64,000 nucleotides of DNA, from positions 310,001 through 374,000 of the forward strand of contig NW_026782658.1 of NCBI RefSeq assembly GCF_031769215.1. The letters run 5' to 3'. Source of the DNA: Ylistrum balloti. Taxonomy: Eukaryota. The notes below the pieces were generated by a model, which saw nothing but the letters and a program-made list of their open reading frames with translations, had not been told where the DNA came from and ran no database searches. This document shows, piece after piece, positions 37,642 to 51,519 of the stretch (its first letter is position 1; each line of letters starts with the position of its first letter). The position numbers and the translations under genes were made by a program.

Positions 37642-40319
37642 CCATATCTTATATCTCACATGATATACAATTATATAAAACTGACCAGAGGGTTCAAAAT
37701 GGAAGAACTGCTTTTTTGTGGTCAACACCAATATATATGTACAATGCCAAGGACAATTATGTCTCTTTCCTCTGATACAACGGAAATGAATGATGATGGA
37801 CTTTAATCCCAAGCAGGCCTGGAGAATATTATAATTGCATTTTGCATTTTGCTTTCAGTGATATTTTTCCTGAAAATAACATATTTGTATTGAGACAAAA
37901 AACAATGTTATTCAGAAGTAAGTCAAGTCTAGATCTATTTTGCAGTAATGCATAAAGACACTGAAGAACACTTCATGCAGGGAGAAGTGATGGAGATCAA
38001 ATTCATCGGACATCCTTATTTTTTGGTTTTCTTCAACACACCACAGTTCTGTCAGCATTCATGACACAGCCAACATAGATTGACTGGGAACTTGTATGAC
38101 AGTTGAATAAGTTATGTTACCACAATATGAATTGAGTTTTCCATTCAGAAGAATTCTCTTTGTTTGTATATGTACTTAAAGAGGGAAATTTTCCTGTTAA
38201 ATGTATGTTTAGCAGGTTTAACCTTGGAATAAATTCCTAGCAAAGATAACATAAAATGTTATATTTGTACATGGAGGAGAGAAGTTACTGAGGGACATGA
38301 AATCGTAAAAGATTGATCCAAGAACTTTAACCATTTCAGTTTACAGTAGATTTTAGCTGACACAGACCCTACATAAGAATGCCATCTGTCAGTCACGCAG
38401 GACTATTGCAAAGAGGAATCTACAAAACTTTAGAAAGTTTCATAAAGAAGTTCTCAAGAATAAGCGATAAAAATGTTCATTGTCCAAATATGCTGAATGC
38501 TAAATTGATGTAAGGCACAGCTGAATGTCATGGCTGTTATTCACCCATGCATTAACTTTTCCACTCGTTAAACTTTTCAAGCACTTTGTATGGTATTTAG
38601 TTGAAACCTTCTCTGTGGCTGAGAAAGCCCAAATGACTGTAAGCACAATACATATACATACTCCATGGGCGATGTAGAGACTTATGTATATACTTCTCTG
38701 CTCTATGGCATTCTTATGTTGTGAAATAAAAGTGAAATTATATCATAGATATAAAACAGAGATAGTTAGAATACAGTAATTACAGTGATAATTGAAATCT
38801 AACAATGTGATTCATTCAAACCATTCTAAAAACTGAGAAAAATATACTTTAATCGCAAAGAGACAGTGACCGGTACAAGTGTATGTTATATATATAGATG
38901 TATAAACCTTGGGCTTAATCGTTCACCTGTTTTGCAGTTTACAAAGAAGCCGTTTACTAGTTATTCAAGACTATATTCAGAATAGCTTATTTACAAATGC
39001 ATACACATCACATACATATTATGGACTTAATTTCTAAAACTGTATTCTTGAAAGAATACCTAAATTACTTACATTTTTAGCATTTCACTCAGTCCATCGG
39101 AGATAACAAACAGCATATATATCTGGATATCTTACTCGTAGAATGTATTTACAATGCTTATAGAATTTGATGCATACAATGTACCTATTTTTTCAAAGGA
39201 TACACTGTGTTATATAATGTATAATTCAAACTTCCCGGTAAACACTACATACAATTAGATTATCGATCCACAAATTGACAGAAAGTACATTCACAGATCA
39301 TAGTTTATCTAATTGTATTAACGTTATTTATTAGCTATCTGTTAATTTTGTGAATCTGTTAGAACCACGTATAACGTGTAGAAGACGTCTGAAACACATG
39401 TCATAATGATCTTTGGTATCTGAGAAACGTCTGCCATAACATTTCCCCACTTAATACTGATATATATAATTTCGGACCAGCATTTAATTACAATTCAATT
39501 GATTGCGGTTGTTAAAACAGCAAAATTCAATACTTAATATGGGATAGGTCACTTCTGTACTAGTTCACACATGAGCACGTTTTACATGTTTTTCGTTCAC
39601 GGTTCATTTCTTGTTAAGTGCAGCACCCAATTACTGCAAACTGCATCGTTAAGACAGCGAAAACATATTAACTGTACTGTTCGTGTGACACTCCTGATAA
39701 CATGATTTGCAAAATGTATTTCTGTAAGCATGATCAAATAAGTGATTTCTTTCGCCAACAGTCTACTTTTGAGAATTGTAGTTTTGTTTACGTGTTTTGC
39801 TTATCTAAACGTATCACAAGAAACAATTCGCCTCGTTTTTGCTCAGGTATGCATAATTGGAACGCTCAGTTATTGAGTGACATATCTCGTAAGTCAGTGC
39901 ACAGATTTTGATATGGACAAGTGGTCAGTCATATAGGCTTGGGAAGGGGTGATGTCTTGTAAATTACAGCTACCACTGCATCAGTAGCAAAAAATGCAAA
40001 ATCATGAAAAATCGTGTCTTCCAGACCAGAGAATTTCTTGGAAAAGTTGAAAGCAGTTAATCAAAATTTCATAACCACATACTCAATATCACAACCTCAT
40101 CATCATATCCTCAGCATCACAGTCTCATCTCTACATCTTCATAATCACAAACTCATCACCACACCTAACATCATCACCACATCTTAAACATCACAACTAT
40201 TACCTCAACATCAAATCGCATCACAACTTCAACGCCGACTCAAAGCAAACTTGCATCATCACAGGACATTCTTCAGATACCTCGATTCTGAAGTCTCAGA
40301 CCCACAACATTACACATCT

Positions 40320-40980
40320 TCACGATCACAACCTCATCACAACATATTAGACAACACATCCTTATATCATATTCTCACCATCACAACCTCATCATAACCT
40401 CATCACAACAGATTAGACAACACATCCTCATATCACATTCTCACCATCACAACAGATTAGACAACACATCCTCATATCACATTCTCACCATCACAACCAC
40501 ATCACAACAGATTAGACAACACATCCTCATATCACATTCTCAACATCACAACCTCATCATAACCTCATCACAACAGATTAGACAACACATCCTCATATCA
40601 CATTCTCAACATCACAACCTCATCATAACCTCATCACAACAGATTAGACAACACATCCTCATATCACATTCTCAACATCACAACCACATCACAACAGATT
40701 AGACAACACATCCTCATATCACATTCTCACCATCACAACCTCATCATAACCTTATCACAACAGATTAGACAACACATCCTCATATCACATTCTCAACATC
40801 ACAACCTCATCATAACCTCATCACAACAGATTAGACAACACATCCTCATATCACATTCTCAACATCACAACACATTAGACAACACATCCTCATATCACAT
40901 TCTCACCATCACAACCTCATCATAACCTCATCACAACAGATTAGACAACACAGCATCATATCACATTCTCAACATCACAG
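40320..40980. repeat. Composite CA-rich minisatellite with 44/55/66-bp units
   Basis: Core ATCACAACAGATTAGACAACACATCCTCATATCACATTCTCACC plus 0-2 extra 11-bp CATCACAACCT-like subunits; degenerate flank from ~40080. Confidence 0.9.
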
Positions 40981-41059
40981 CTTCACCACGAAAATCGCAT
41001 CACTGTAGTCTCTACCGAAACTCTATATATATAGATGGGCTAATACTAATACTGGCATA

Positions 41060-43250
41060 TTTTTTTATCGATGTTATTTTTTGTGATTGTATGAAAGCAT
41101 TTGATAAAGTCATGTCAAATAGGGAATTTCTGGGATGTTCTTTACATGGAAAGTAAACTTTTTACTTAAAAGGAAACAAATGGTAGCCGTAAATGACAAA
41201 AATCGGGTTGGAACTGTGTATTAAGGGAATCAATCATGACCACAATGTGTTAGGACCACTTTTATTTGTGTTTTATATAATGAGGTTAAAGTCCTGGAAC
41301 GACTACATACTTGTTTGTGGACGATACGAAAGCATTTAGAGCAATTGATAAAGAGGAGGAATGTAAAATTTGCTACCAATACCTATATTCCCTAAAAGGA
41401 TGATCAGAGGTGTGGCAACTCAGCTTTTACCCATAGACAATCAATTATCATTTAATAAACACATATGTGAGAAAGTGAATAAAGGTTATTTCATGATGGC
41501 AGTTCTATGGCGAGCAATATAATGGGGAATATATATATATATATATATATGAACCTGGAGAGATTGAAGCTGTTATACACCTACTTGGTTAGACCACAAA
41601 TTCAATATGCGAATCAAGTCTGTTACCCTCATCTCGAAAAGCGCATAGAAATGATTTTTTTTTTTTTTTTTTACAAGTTTAGAAAAATATTTATTCCCTC
41701 AGCAATTAATTTGGAGGAGGCTGCCAGGGTTGGGGAGCCCTGGGATCAGCCTCCGTACAGATAAGTGCCATCACGCAGGATGCCTCTCATTCATCATACA
41801 AACACACTTCCATGTAGACACTTACATGTAGCCATTAGAAACAATAAATATTTTGGTAAACCTAATATAAATAGACAGACATAACAAGTAGAAATATTTA
41901 CATAAACAACAAAAACATGGTAAACAAGCAGGACAGACATACAAATAGGTTGTACAAGTGACATTCTAGACAAGAGATATCAAACAGATAGACTAGATAA
42001 TAGACATAAAACAAACAAAAACAAAAACAAAAAACAAAAAAACAGTGTAACATAGTACAGTGCTAAAAGAAATGTGATACTTATCTATTTTGATTTTTTT
42101 TTTAGGAAAGGAACAGGAGTTGACTATCATATAGTAAGCAGCTTTTGAGAGAATTATGTGTGAGGATTAGATTCTAATAGAGTTGACCATTTTCTCCGAA
42201 AGGTTTTAAATTTCTCGAATTCATTTTGATTTTTCGATATATACGTTTGCACTTGATAAGTTTCCTTAATCTCATTTTAAAGTGCAAGTATAGATAAGCT
42301 ATTTTTAAGACATTTTGATTTATAGATATAATATTTAATGATTAAACTTTTGTCAACTGCATCCTTTGTTTTATCATAAGAAACCAAAAAGGAAAGATTT
42401 CTTATTTAATATAAAGTTAATACGAAAAATGAGTCTCTCAAAGCTAAGGTGTCTCACCTCTTGTCAATCCCACAAAATGTGTTCAATTGTTTCTCTATTT
42501 GTTTTACATAATGAACATAATGAGGTATCAGATAAACCCATTTTAAACAACACATAGTTGGTAGTCAAAATGTGGTGATTAATTTTATATTGAAACCATT
42601 GAAATTTGGTATTTTTAGTGACTTTAAAAGGAAGTATGTAGATTTGTTTCCATGTGTCATCATTAATATCGTAGTTAATCCATTTTAATTTACCTGTGGG
42701 TGTGACATTATTTTTACTTAAAACATATATATATATATATATGGAATATAAGGATATTTTATAGATACGTGTTCAGATTTTGTTGATATTTGTGTAGTGC
42801 TTTTGCTATTACTGATGTGATTCCATGATACTTTAGAAAGTTGCACCTAATATTATATTTATGTTTGAAAACTTCATAAGAAAGACACTTACCATTATCA
42901 CCAACTATATCATTAATAATCCTTAACCCTTTTTGATACCAATCATTGTAGAATACAGTTTTATGTGCTATTTTTATATCATTATTGAACGCGCATAGAA
43001 ATGATATCAAATGTTCAACGTAGAGCAACAAAGTGCCTGGACTAAAAGACTTATGAGAGATGACAGAAACTAAAGCCACCAACCCTAGCATATAGGAGAC
43101 CCCGCAGTGATATGATAGAGGTTTACAAAATCCTTTGTGGGAAATATGATTGTGAAGTTTCTGACATCTTTCAGAGAAGATTCATCAACACGTGGACACG
43201 ACTTAAAGATTTATGAAAAAAAAATCCGACATTAGATATAAGAAAATTTT
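41060..43250 (+). mobile_element. Degenerate CR1/L2-type LINE RT, split by a later insertion
   Basis: IDVIFCDCMKAFDKV (~41065), VLGPLLFV (~41250), YLFVDDTK, LYTYLVRPQIQYANQV..PHLEKRIEM (to 41655), resuming VQRRATK...YRR.R.DMIEVYKIL (43013-43140). Confidence 0.8.
41656..42990 (-). mobile_element. 5'-truncated L1/Tx1-like LINE insertion with poly(A) and 15-bp TSD
   Basis: TSD GCGCATAGAAATGAT at 41641-55 and 42991-43005; 17-T tail on +; AATAAA on the minus strand at 41695-90; ORF2 C-terminal motif NNDIKI..KTVFYNDWYQKGLRIINDI...NFLKY. Confidence 0.85.
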
Positions 43251-43510
43251 CATTTATACAAAAAATCTGTCGATATATAGAGTGACAAACTTTCCGTTAC
43301 GTGGTGTGACAGTTAAGAATATTGTTAAAATATTGTTTAAAAATATTACAACATTTCAAAGTAATATTTTTATTTCAGAACTGACTGTTAAAGGATAATA
43401 AAATCCGACTTTGTCAGAATAAAATCTATATTTTTATATGTATATATCCGGAATACAAAACATGATCGTGTCTAAATGTACTTTCTGTGAATTACTTCCG
43501 GTTTACTAAA

Positions 43511-46500
43511 ATGTCTTTACCGGCTTTTTACCATCTTGTGGTTTTCATATTTCTAGCGTATTCGTTTGCTTTTAACCTTTTAAAAGTCCAGGATGATCCA
43601 GGGACTAACCTTTTTACCTACCGCGGATATGGAGGAAAATTCAAATTCCTTACTTTTTGGCTTTTTGTAAGTGTCAAGAGTATGTCATCAGTGGGACCAT
43701 GTAAGATCAAAGTACACTCGATTAACAGCCCATCGACAGCTAATCATGAGTGCAATTATCGAGTTACATATACAATTTACGATTAGTGTTATCACGTAGA
43801 TTAATTTTCAAAATGCATTACTCATACAGAGGAATATTTCAAAAGTCACACTATCGCTAATACAGAATGATAAAATGCATGAAAATTTTGCTTTTCAATG
43901 AGGCAGTGAATTCCTTTTATCTGTAAGCCGACATACATGTTTCTTGTATTAAGCATTACATCAGAAAACCGATTTAAGTCAAAGCAATAAAAGACAAGTA
44001 GAAAAATGAAGGACAGATGAGTACCTAAATCATTTTCCCAAGCAGCTGGCAGTCAACTATGAAATAAACTAAAGTTTATAAGCGTAATTCCAAAAAACTT
44101 TTATCTATGTGTGCATTGCTATCCTCTTCAGAAACAACTTTTAAGGTAGGAAATGTCAATGGATGACTATTTTTGGTGAAAATATTAAACACTTGAAATC
44201 TTCAAAACGGTCAAAATATTAAGTTCACATTTCTTGTAGATTTGTTTATAAGAATACATGTAATAACATGAAAGACATTAGCCATATATATTTTATGTAA
44301 ATATGATGTATTGCACCTTCTTAACTTAAAGTGTATCAGGAAAACGTGCCGATGCCATACCTGTTACTTAGAGTGATGGATGAAGGGGTCCTTCATCTTC
44401 ATCAGAACTTTAATAGAAAATTTTACCAGGGCATGCATGATCACACTTTGTAAAAAAAATGCACCTCTTATGGTTGAGTTGCTAAAATGTTTACATTCCA
44501 GTATATCTTAAAACATGGTCTTTGTTATTATTGTATTCTGAAGTAAGGTAATTTTGGACATGGTGCTTTGTATATGCTTGAAAAAAAATCCAAGAAAAAT
44601 GACAGGACATCTAAACTTCATATTTGAAAGTACATGTTGTGTACCTTAAAGAAATTGGTATTTTTGTATATAAATGCCTTCCATTTTCCAGTCATATTTA
44701 AATTTAAAATAATTATTTGTTTCCTGTTTACAGTTTCTACAGGTATTCTATTTTGGATTTTCTTGTGTGAATGATATTTTTGGATCCAATAATCGACCTT
44801 CACAGTCCAAGCCCTTCCTTCGCTCTACTTTACAACGTTGGCGGGATATTCTTTTATCTAGCATTGTATTTCCTGTAGGAATGGTAAGTCACATTCAAAC
44901 ATCAGCATCACTTAATTTATTTTTAAAGGCAGAGTTGCTTTGTAAAAAAAATAAGATTACAGAATTATTTTCATCTGCAGTAGTCTAATATTGTGAAACA
45001 AGAGGCACAAATGTATCTGTTTTTTTTTTTTTTTTTGGACACAGCCATAGAATAAAGTGTTGTACATTATTTAAAAAAATATCACTGTTGATGTCTATTT
45101 GATAAACAAATCAGCTATATGGTTTTAAATAAACACTGTTCTGTCAAAGACAGTGAAAATAAGAATACAAATCTGTATTTATAAATGATGACATAGACCA
45201 AGATTGATTTTCAAGAGTCGGTAGTTGTTGATCAGTAGATTTTCAGTATGAACTTATCTTGTGACTGAGTACTTTCAATCTATGTTTTCTCTTATACATT
45301 AATGTTTTCTAATTTCAGTTTGTAGTGTGTACATTTTGGGGGATATACTTTGTAGACAGAGAGCTGGTTTATCCTCAGAAGCTTGACAAATTTATTCCAT
45401 CTTGGCTAAACCATGTTATGGTAAATATATCTACATTGTATTTCTCATAAAATATTAGATATTAAACTGGAGAAGTGATTTGAGTTTATTATGAAAGTAT
45501 TAGATATTAAATTGGAAAAGGGATTTTTTGTTCGTTTGCTGGATATATCGCCGTTTGAACAGCTAGGGTCATTATGAGGCAAGGTCTCTTTGTGGCAACC
45601 TCATAGAACATGATACAGAAGGCCCATCACATACAATGCTTACTCCTAAAAATTTGCTTTCAAGTTAACCATTTCCCCCAAATATGAGTAAAATGGACCC
45701 CATTCTCAGGTGAGTGGAAAAAAAGCCCATCCTAATATTACTTTTAAAACATACATTGTTAGTTAATAAATGCCTTTGTGATTTTCTTTACAGCACACCA
45801 CAGTATTACCATTCCTACTGGGGGATATGTATTTGGTTTACCACCATTTTCCCACACGCAAAAGAGGGCTGAAGATTCTCCTTAGTTTTGCTTTATCATA
45901 TTTGGTGTGGTATGTATAAAATGATTTTATCACATTATTATGATGATATGGTTTGCATTAACCTATAGCTGCCTTAATCTTATACTACAAATAAAGATGG
46001 TAACCTGACATCTGACCTATGTTCTACAACCCTCTTTTATAGAGCACAGGATGAGGAGGGGTAAGGGGGCATATCATATACTGTTACCTATGTCCTCTCA
46101 TTTCTTATAAGCATCACATCTGCTTCAGAATTAATGTCATGCTGTGAAATCACTCATTTTTGTGTTTTGCTTTGGTCTTTGTTGAAATTTGCTAAATTTT
46201 AGTCCATGAAATTATCAGACATGTGTGTATAAGATACTATTTTACATACAGAGTGTGAAATTTGACTTTGTCAGAATATAATTCAATTAATTCTAAAGGA
46301 AAATCGTGAAAAATTTGACCCTTGGAAATTACCACCAATGCAGTACACCTGATCCACAGATCCACAAATGTATATATATATGAACCAATTAATATCAAGT
46401 AGCATCAAGTTTTACACCTTTAATTATCATATTGTCATTAGTCAAGGATAAAGGTTCAAAGGTTGCATGGGAATGGAGGATTCCTTGTCTGTCATACTTT

Positions 46501-47215
46501 ATATCATTTCTTCATTATCATTTGGAATACCATGCTTATCCTGAAACAAGGCCATGCCTGGATATGTAGGCAAACATCCATCCTTATACAATACACTACT
46601 GTTCAGTGAAATTATAAAACATATCCAAATTAACTAGAGATTTATCATTTGTCTCCAGGATACTATGGGTAGCCTACTATGCTAATATATGGGTTTACCC
46701 AGTTCTTCAAGTTATGGCACCACACGAGAGGGTTATCTTCATTGCCATTCTCATGGCTTTATTTATAAGTATTTACCTGGTTGGAGAAGGCCTGAACAAA
46801 TTTCTCTGGGGTAAGTGTCTAGTACCTAGTTAGATATGCAGGTGATTATGTGATACCTTGTTAAAGATTTAGATAAATATGTAAATATATGATAACAGGT
46901 AAAGTGTCCAGGTAAATATGTGATACCTTATTAAGTATTTAGATAAATATGTAAATATTTCATACTTATATCAGGTTAAATATTTAGATGAATATGTAAA
47001 TATGTGATACCTAGTTAGTTACTCAGATTTATTTTTATAAATATTATGGTAAATTTACAATTTAATTAATTTGCAAAAAAAACCGGATTTCCTATGTAAC
47101 GAGGAAGATCTATTATTAATTACAACTAATTATTACAGTTATAATGACATTTCTTTTTAAAACAGGGAAGGAAAGAAGAAACTACCAGTTAATGCAACAG
47201 AAGTCACGGAGTTGA
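43511..47215 (+). CDS. AIG1: AIG1/ADTRP (FAR-17a) family multipass membrane FAHFA hydrolase, 241 aa
   Basis: Exons 43511-43666, 44734-44883, 45319-45420, 45794-45909, 46659-46810, 47166-47215 (726 nt, phases consistent). [55 protein letters not shown]1 versus ADTRP orthology is not resolvable by eye. Confidence 0.88.
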
Positions 47216-49084
47216 TGTCAAAGTCACACAGATAGATATAATATATAAAATTGGCAGTATAGGGGCCAGTAATGTTTATCATTCAAATACCAAGTGTCAG
47301 ATGTATGATTGACATGTGTTAATGATTTGTAGTAATTTCAGTCTAATTTAATCATCATGAACAAAAATTTATCTCGTTAAGAATACCGTGCATGGTGAAC
47401 TTTGACGGAATCCTAATTTAGAAGATTGTTTACAGAAAAGTGTTCATCTTATGTACAAATTTATACACAATTTTATTGAAGTATTTGTGAAAATCTTTAG
47501 TTTTGTGATATTTCAGTCAGATATACCAGCTCTCTAATGGAAATGAAGTGCTGTAATCAAAGCTTTGAAAGTTTAAGACAATATTAGTATGTATTAGGGT
47601 GAACATTTAAAAGGAAAGGCTTTAGATATACAAAATTCAAACTCAATATCTGTATACGAGTGGATTTTAAGGAAGTCGTTTCTGTTAGCCATAAGTTTCA
47701 TATACCTAAATTAGAAGATATTTGTTAAGATAGAGATAGGGAACGTTTTGAAGTGATGTCCTGAGCAAATAATCCTATACCTTGATAACCATATGTTTAT
47801 TTAACATTCCGTTCAATGTTTTTAATTGATGTACTAGTTTTCTATTTGTTTGTTTTTGAATTATGACATAATATGTGTAGTTAAGAAAGTAATCATTGAA
47901 ACATTGGCTTTTACAAAAAAAAAATGTTGGAAACAGAAGTGGATTCAAGGAAAAAAATCATTAAAAACACATGAATGTACCTTGAATTTTCACTGTAGAT
48001 GTCATGCTGCCATATGAAAAAAATGTCTTCTACATGTATTTGGTTTTTTTCATCAGAGGAAATTGTATTACAAAAGCAGAACAGTTTTTTTCAAATCAGA
48101 AATCATAAAAAATATCAGAATCACTTTTACTTAAGAATTGAAATGTTTGAGTCAACAAAATTTTACAAGAATCAAAGTTCTAAGTAAAGGAATTATTTAG
48201 TGTATAAATTGTAGAAATGAAAGGATTTCAGTTGGTGTGCCATAGTCAGTGTATAGTCAACCAACTATTTTTGAGTGCAGAAATCCAGTTGTCTCCCCTT
48301 ACTACATAACACAACTTACCAAAGACTTGAGTAATCTCTTGCCAAGTTGCAGTACACTACATATAGCTACCTCCCCTTAATTTACAGCATTATTCTCTGG
48401 AGACCATTAAATTAAAATTCAAATAAATAAATATCATTATTGAAATTAAAATTCATAAAATAATATACCATGTCCTCAAATTTATGGAAGTATATCATAA
48501 AATTGTAAAACAAGTTTCAGACGTTTCTGACAGTTTTGCTGTTATGTATGCTTTTTACGGTATCATCATCAGTGTTCAGAAAAAGAATATTGATAGACTA
48601 ACATGAATTATTCGTAGATTGAAATGGAAAAATATATTATTTGATATTTGGAAATTTAATAATTTGTAAATTGTAAAAAAAAATTGGCTTGATAATTTTA
48701 CAATAGTTTGCGTCTGTGACATTTTCTATGCTATTTCCTTTTCAAACCCTCTCTATACAAGTATGTGTTACATTATGTTTTGAATGTATTACGAAAATAT
48801 ATCATGGTGAGCTTATTATGCTTTGTAATGTCTTTCATAATAAAGTAATTGTGATTATTAAGAATGATGCCATGACTTACAATCATTTAATGTATGTTTC
48901 TTTTTTATTATTTCAACATTCCTGAATCCATAACAAGTTCGACCATTTGGACATTTTACATAAATAATACGCAAAAATGAAGGTTGTTTATTCCAATCAA
49001 TGCTTTAGACAGAGGCTATGTAAATGTGATTTTATGGAATGTACACAGATTTCTGACTTTATCTAATCTAGCTACTGAAGTAGT

Positions 49085-49125
49085 GGGGCCGTGATGGCGA
49101 AATGGTTGAGGCGTCTCTAGCCATC
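49085..49125 (+). mobile_element. Possible tRNA-derived SINE head remnant
   Basis: GGGGCCGTGATGGCGAAATGGTTGAGGCGTC contains an A-box-like TGGCGAAATGG (49095-49105); no B-box found. Confidence 0.3.
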
Positions 49126-49380
49126 AGGGGGTATGCAAATAAATAGCAAGGACTTCTTTGAGCAATGGATATAGTTGGAAATCCGATGCTGAAGAAGATC
49201 CATTTAACCGTCGGCTGCGGAGAACAATGTGAAACTAGACGACAGACGAAAAAAGTACATTTAGTTTGTGATTTCAATGTAGAGAAAAATTGAGCCTGTC
49301 CGTGGGGGCAGCAGCATAAGTACTTGAGAAGCAATAGATAATGACTCTTTTTTTCGATGTATTCTTACATTGTATTTCTA

Positions 49381-49594
49381 CGGAAGCGTATTCCGGCCAC
49401 GTTGTGTTTTATCTTAACTCGAAATTTCGAGCTAGCAATCAGAAATTTTGAGTTAGTAATCAGAAATTTTGAGATGTTAACCCGAAATTTCGAGTTGCTA
49501 TCTCAAAATGTCGTATTACTAACTCGAAATTTCGAGTCACTAACTCAAAATTTCGAGATTAAATAAAACACAACCTGGCCTGAATACGCTTCCG
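49381..49594. mobile_element. TA-flanked MITE (214 bp) with 32-bp TIRs and internal 21-bp repeats
   Basis: TIR CGGAAGCGTATTCCGGCCACGTTGTGTTTTAT with 2 mismatches at 49563-94; TA on both sides; seven 21-bp internal units. Confidence 0.8.
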
Positions 49595-49743
49595 TATATT
49601 TCAGCGAACTATCAAAGATTCTAAAATAATGGTCATGTAACGCAGGAAGGACGACACAGTTGTATGACGCAGTTAAATTTACTGATTGGCTCTGCTGTAT
49701 CTAATTTAAATTTGTATGAAAAGGTGACATTCACTTGTGTGTC

Positions 49744-50098
49744 TTTCTACAAGCTTGGAGTTTGAAGGTGATAGACACTGCTGGTGGACTGTTAGTCCCC
49801 CAAGTTTGCCGTAACCTGCATGCCACGTTTTAATTCATTCGAATAGTGACACTGTTAAGAATATACACATGTACTTGACGTTCATGTCAGAGTTATGAAA
49901 TTTTGAAATTTAATGAATTCCGGGGCAAGATTTTGACATTTCTTTCGATCACTGAAGTTACCCCAGTCGCCTCCAATATTTAAAATTGAAGTCGTAAGCA
50001 TCACTGACGAGTCCTAGAAAGACGAAACGGCTATATGGTGCAGTTAAATTCGTTGTTTAGATCTACTGTATCCTATTTGAATTTGTATTAAAACCTCT
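49744..50098 (+). mobile_element. Short non-autonomous retroelement (retrozyme / Penelope-associated) with 15-bp TSD
   Basis: Direct repeat ATTCACTTGTGTGTC at 49729-43 and 50099-50113 flanks 355 bp that contain a hammerhead core. Confidence 0.65.
49998..50041 (+). ncRNA. Minimal type I hammerhead ribozyme motif
   Basis: Stem I GCATCA/TGGTGC (one G.U), core CTGACGA, stem II GTC-CTAGAAA-GAC, GAAA, then CGGCTA and U-A (AUA triplet). Stem III is unpaired or degenerate. Confidence 0.65.
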
Positions 50099-51519
50099 AT
50101 TCACTTGTGTGTCATTTGAACAATCTTTCATGATCTTATCCCCGACATATTTTTTAATTGAAAAGTCGTTGCCCTGACGATCATTCTGACGCTAGCCTCG
50201 ACATCGGAGATATTGTTTAAACGACAAAATTCATGAACTGATCTTCAGTATACACAACAATTACATAATTAGAGGCGAAAATGAAGAAACGCTTGAAATG
50301 AATGAAAGGAGATTTGGAAAATTTTGTTTCTTTTGTTTCAAGTGGTTGCGTAAGAATAAATTTATAAAACAAAGGAAATTGGTTATAGAGACAATATACA
50401 CACGTACATTATAGTCTTCAGAGATATGGGATCTTTGGGGCTTAAGTTTAGTGCCCTAATGTTCTGAATCACGTGATGTCCTATCTGTAACTGCCCGACA
50501 AGGAATAGAAAACAAAACCGTTAATTCCAATTTCGCGGTAAAGTTTATCAACTTAATTAAGGATCAGTTTCACAATAACGTCGTCTTTTTACTACATTTT
50601 TGTGAGACTCTTTAAATATTAACATTTCCATTTACATTTGCTTTGGGTTTACAAGTTTATAAAAAATAAATTCACGAAATTAAAATTAGGAGAGAGAAGC
50701 GGATTCACACTAATGTTTACAGCAAGTGCACAGAGGCCCGGCTTCCAACACACCAGGCTTGAAGTAATGATTTTGTTGGTAAGACCAGTTATAATATACA
50801 AACCGGAAAAGCGAATATTTGTGAATAATATATGTGATATCTTGTAACGGAAGTGATGTAACTTTCAAACGGGAAAAAAAAAACAAAAAACAAAACAAAC
50901 AAAAAAACAGAAAAACAAAAAGCAATAACAATGTGTTTTGAAGTTCTTCTGATGAAGTTTCTCTGAAAAAAAGTATCCTGGAACATAAACTAATCGAGGT
51001 AAGAAAACAATTAAATTTTATATCAATCCTTGTTTAAAAGTTTCCTATTTAAAAGCGTGTAACTGAAGTCAATATCGACAGTGTGGAACTTAGAATCTAA
51101 ATGCTTTACTCGGTTATACATGATTTTACCATATGTATGTAGAACTCCTTTGCAATATAATTATTATCAATTTTCTTAAGGTTTGGTATTGGTAGTCCAC
51201 TTTTTAAAAGTATTTTTAAAGAATTTATCTTATGTTGTAACGAAATCAGACAATAACATAACTGAACTTAATACAACAGTAGGCAGTTCTTATAGGCTGT
51301 TAAATACAGAGGACTGACTATACAGGCCTGTGGAGTGATTAAGTACTTGTTAAATTTAAGATGTTAATACACCAATTTCAATACAGAGTTTATATAACGT
51401 ATGACATAACAGTTATTTGCCAATCAGAATAAGAATGGTCGGGTAATATTTTATTTCTTTGTGTTTCACGGGTGCTCGTTAGTACTCTTGGTAGTTCCTT
51501 TATTGTTACTCGGAGATTG

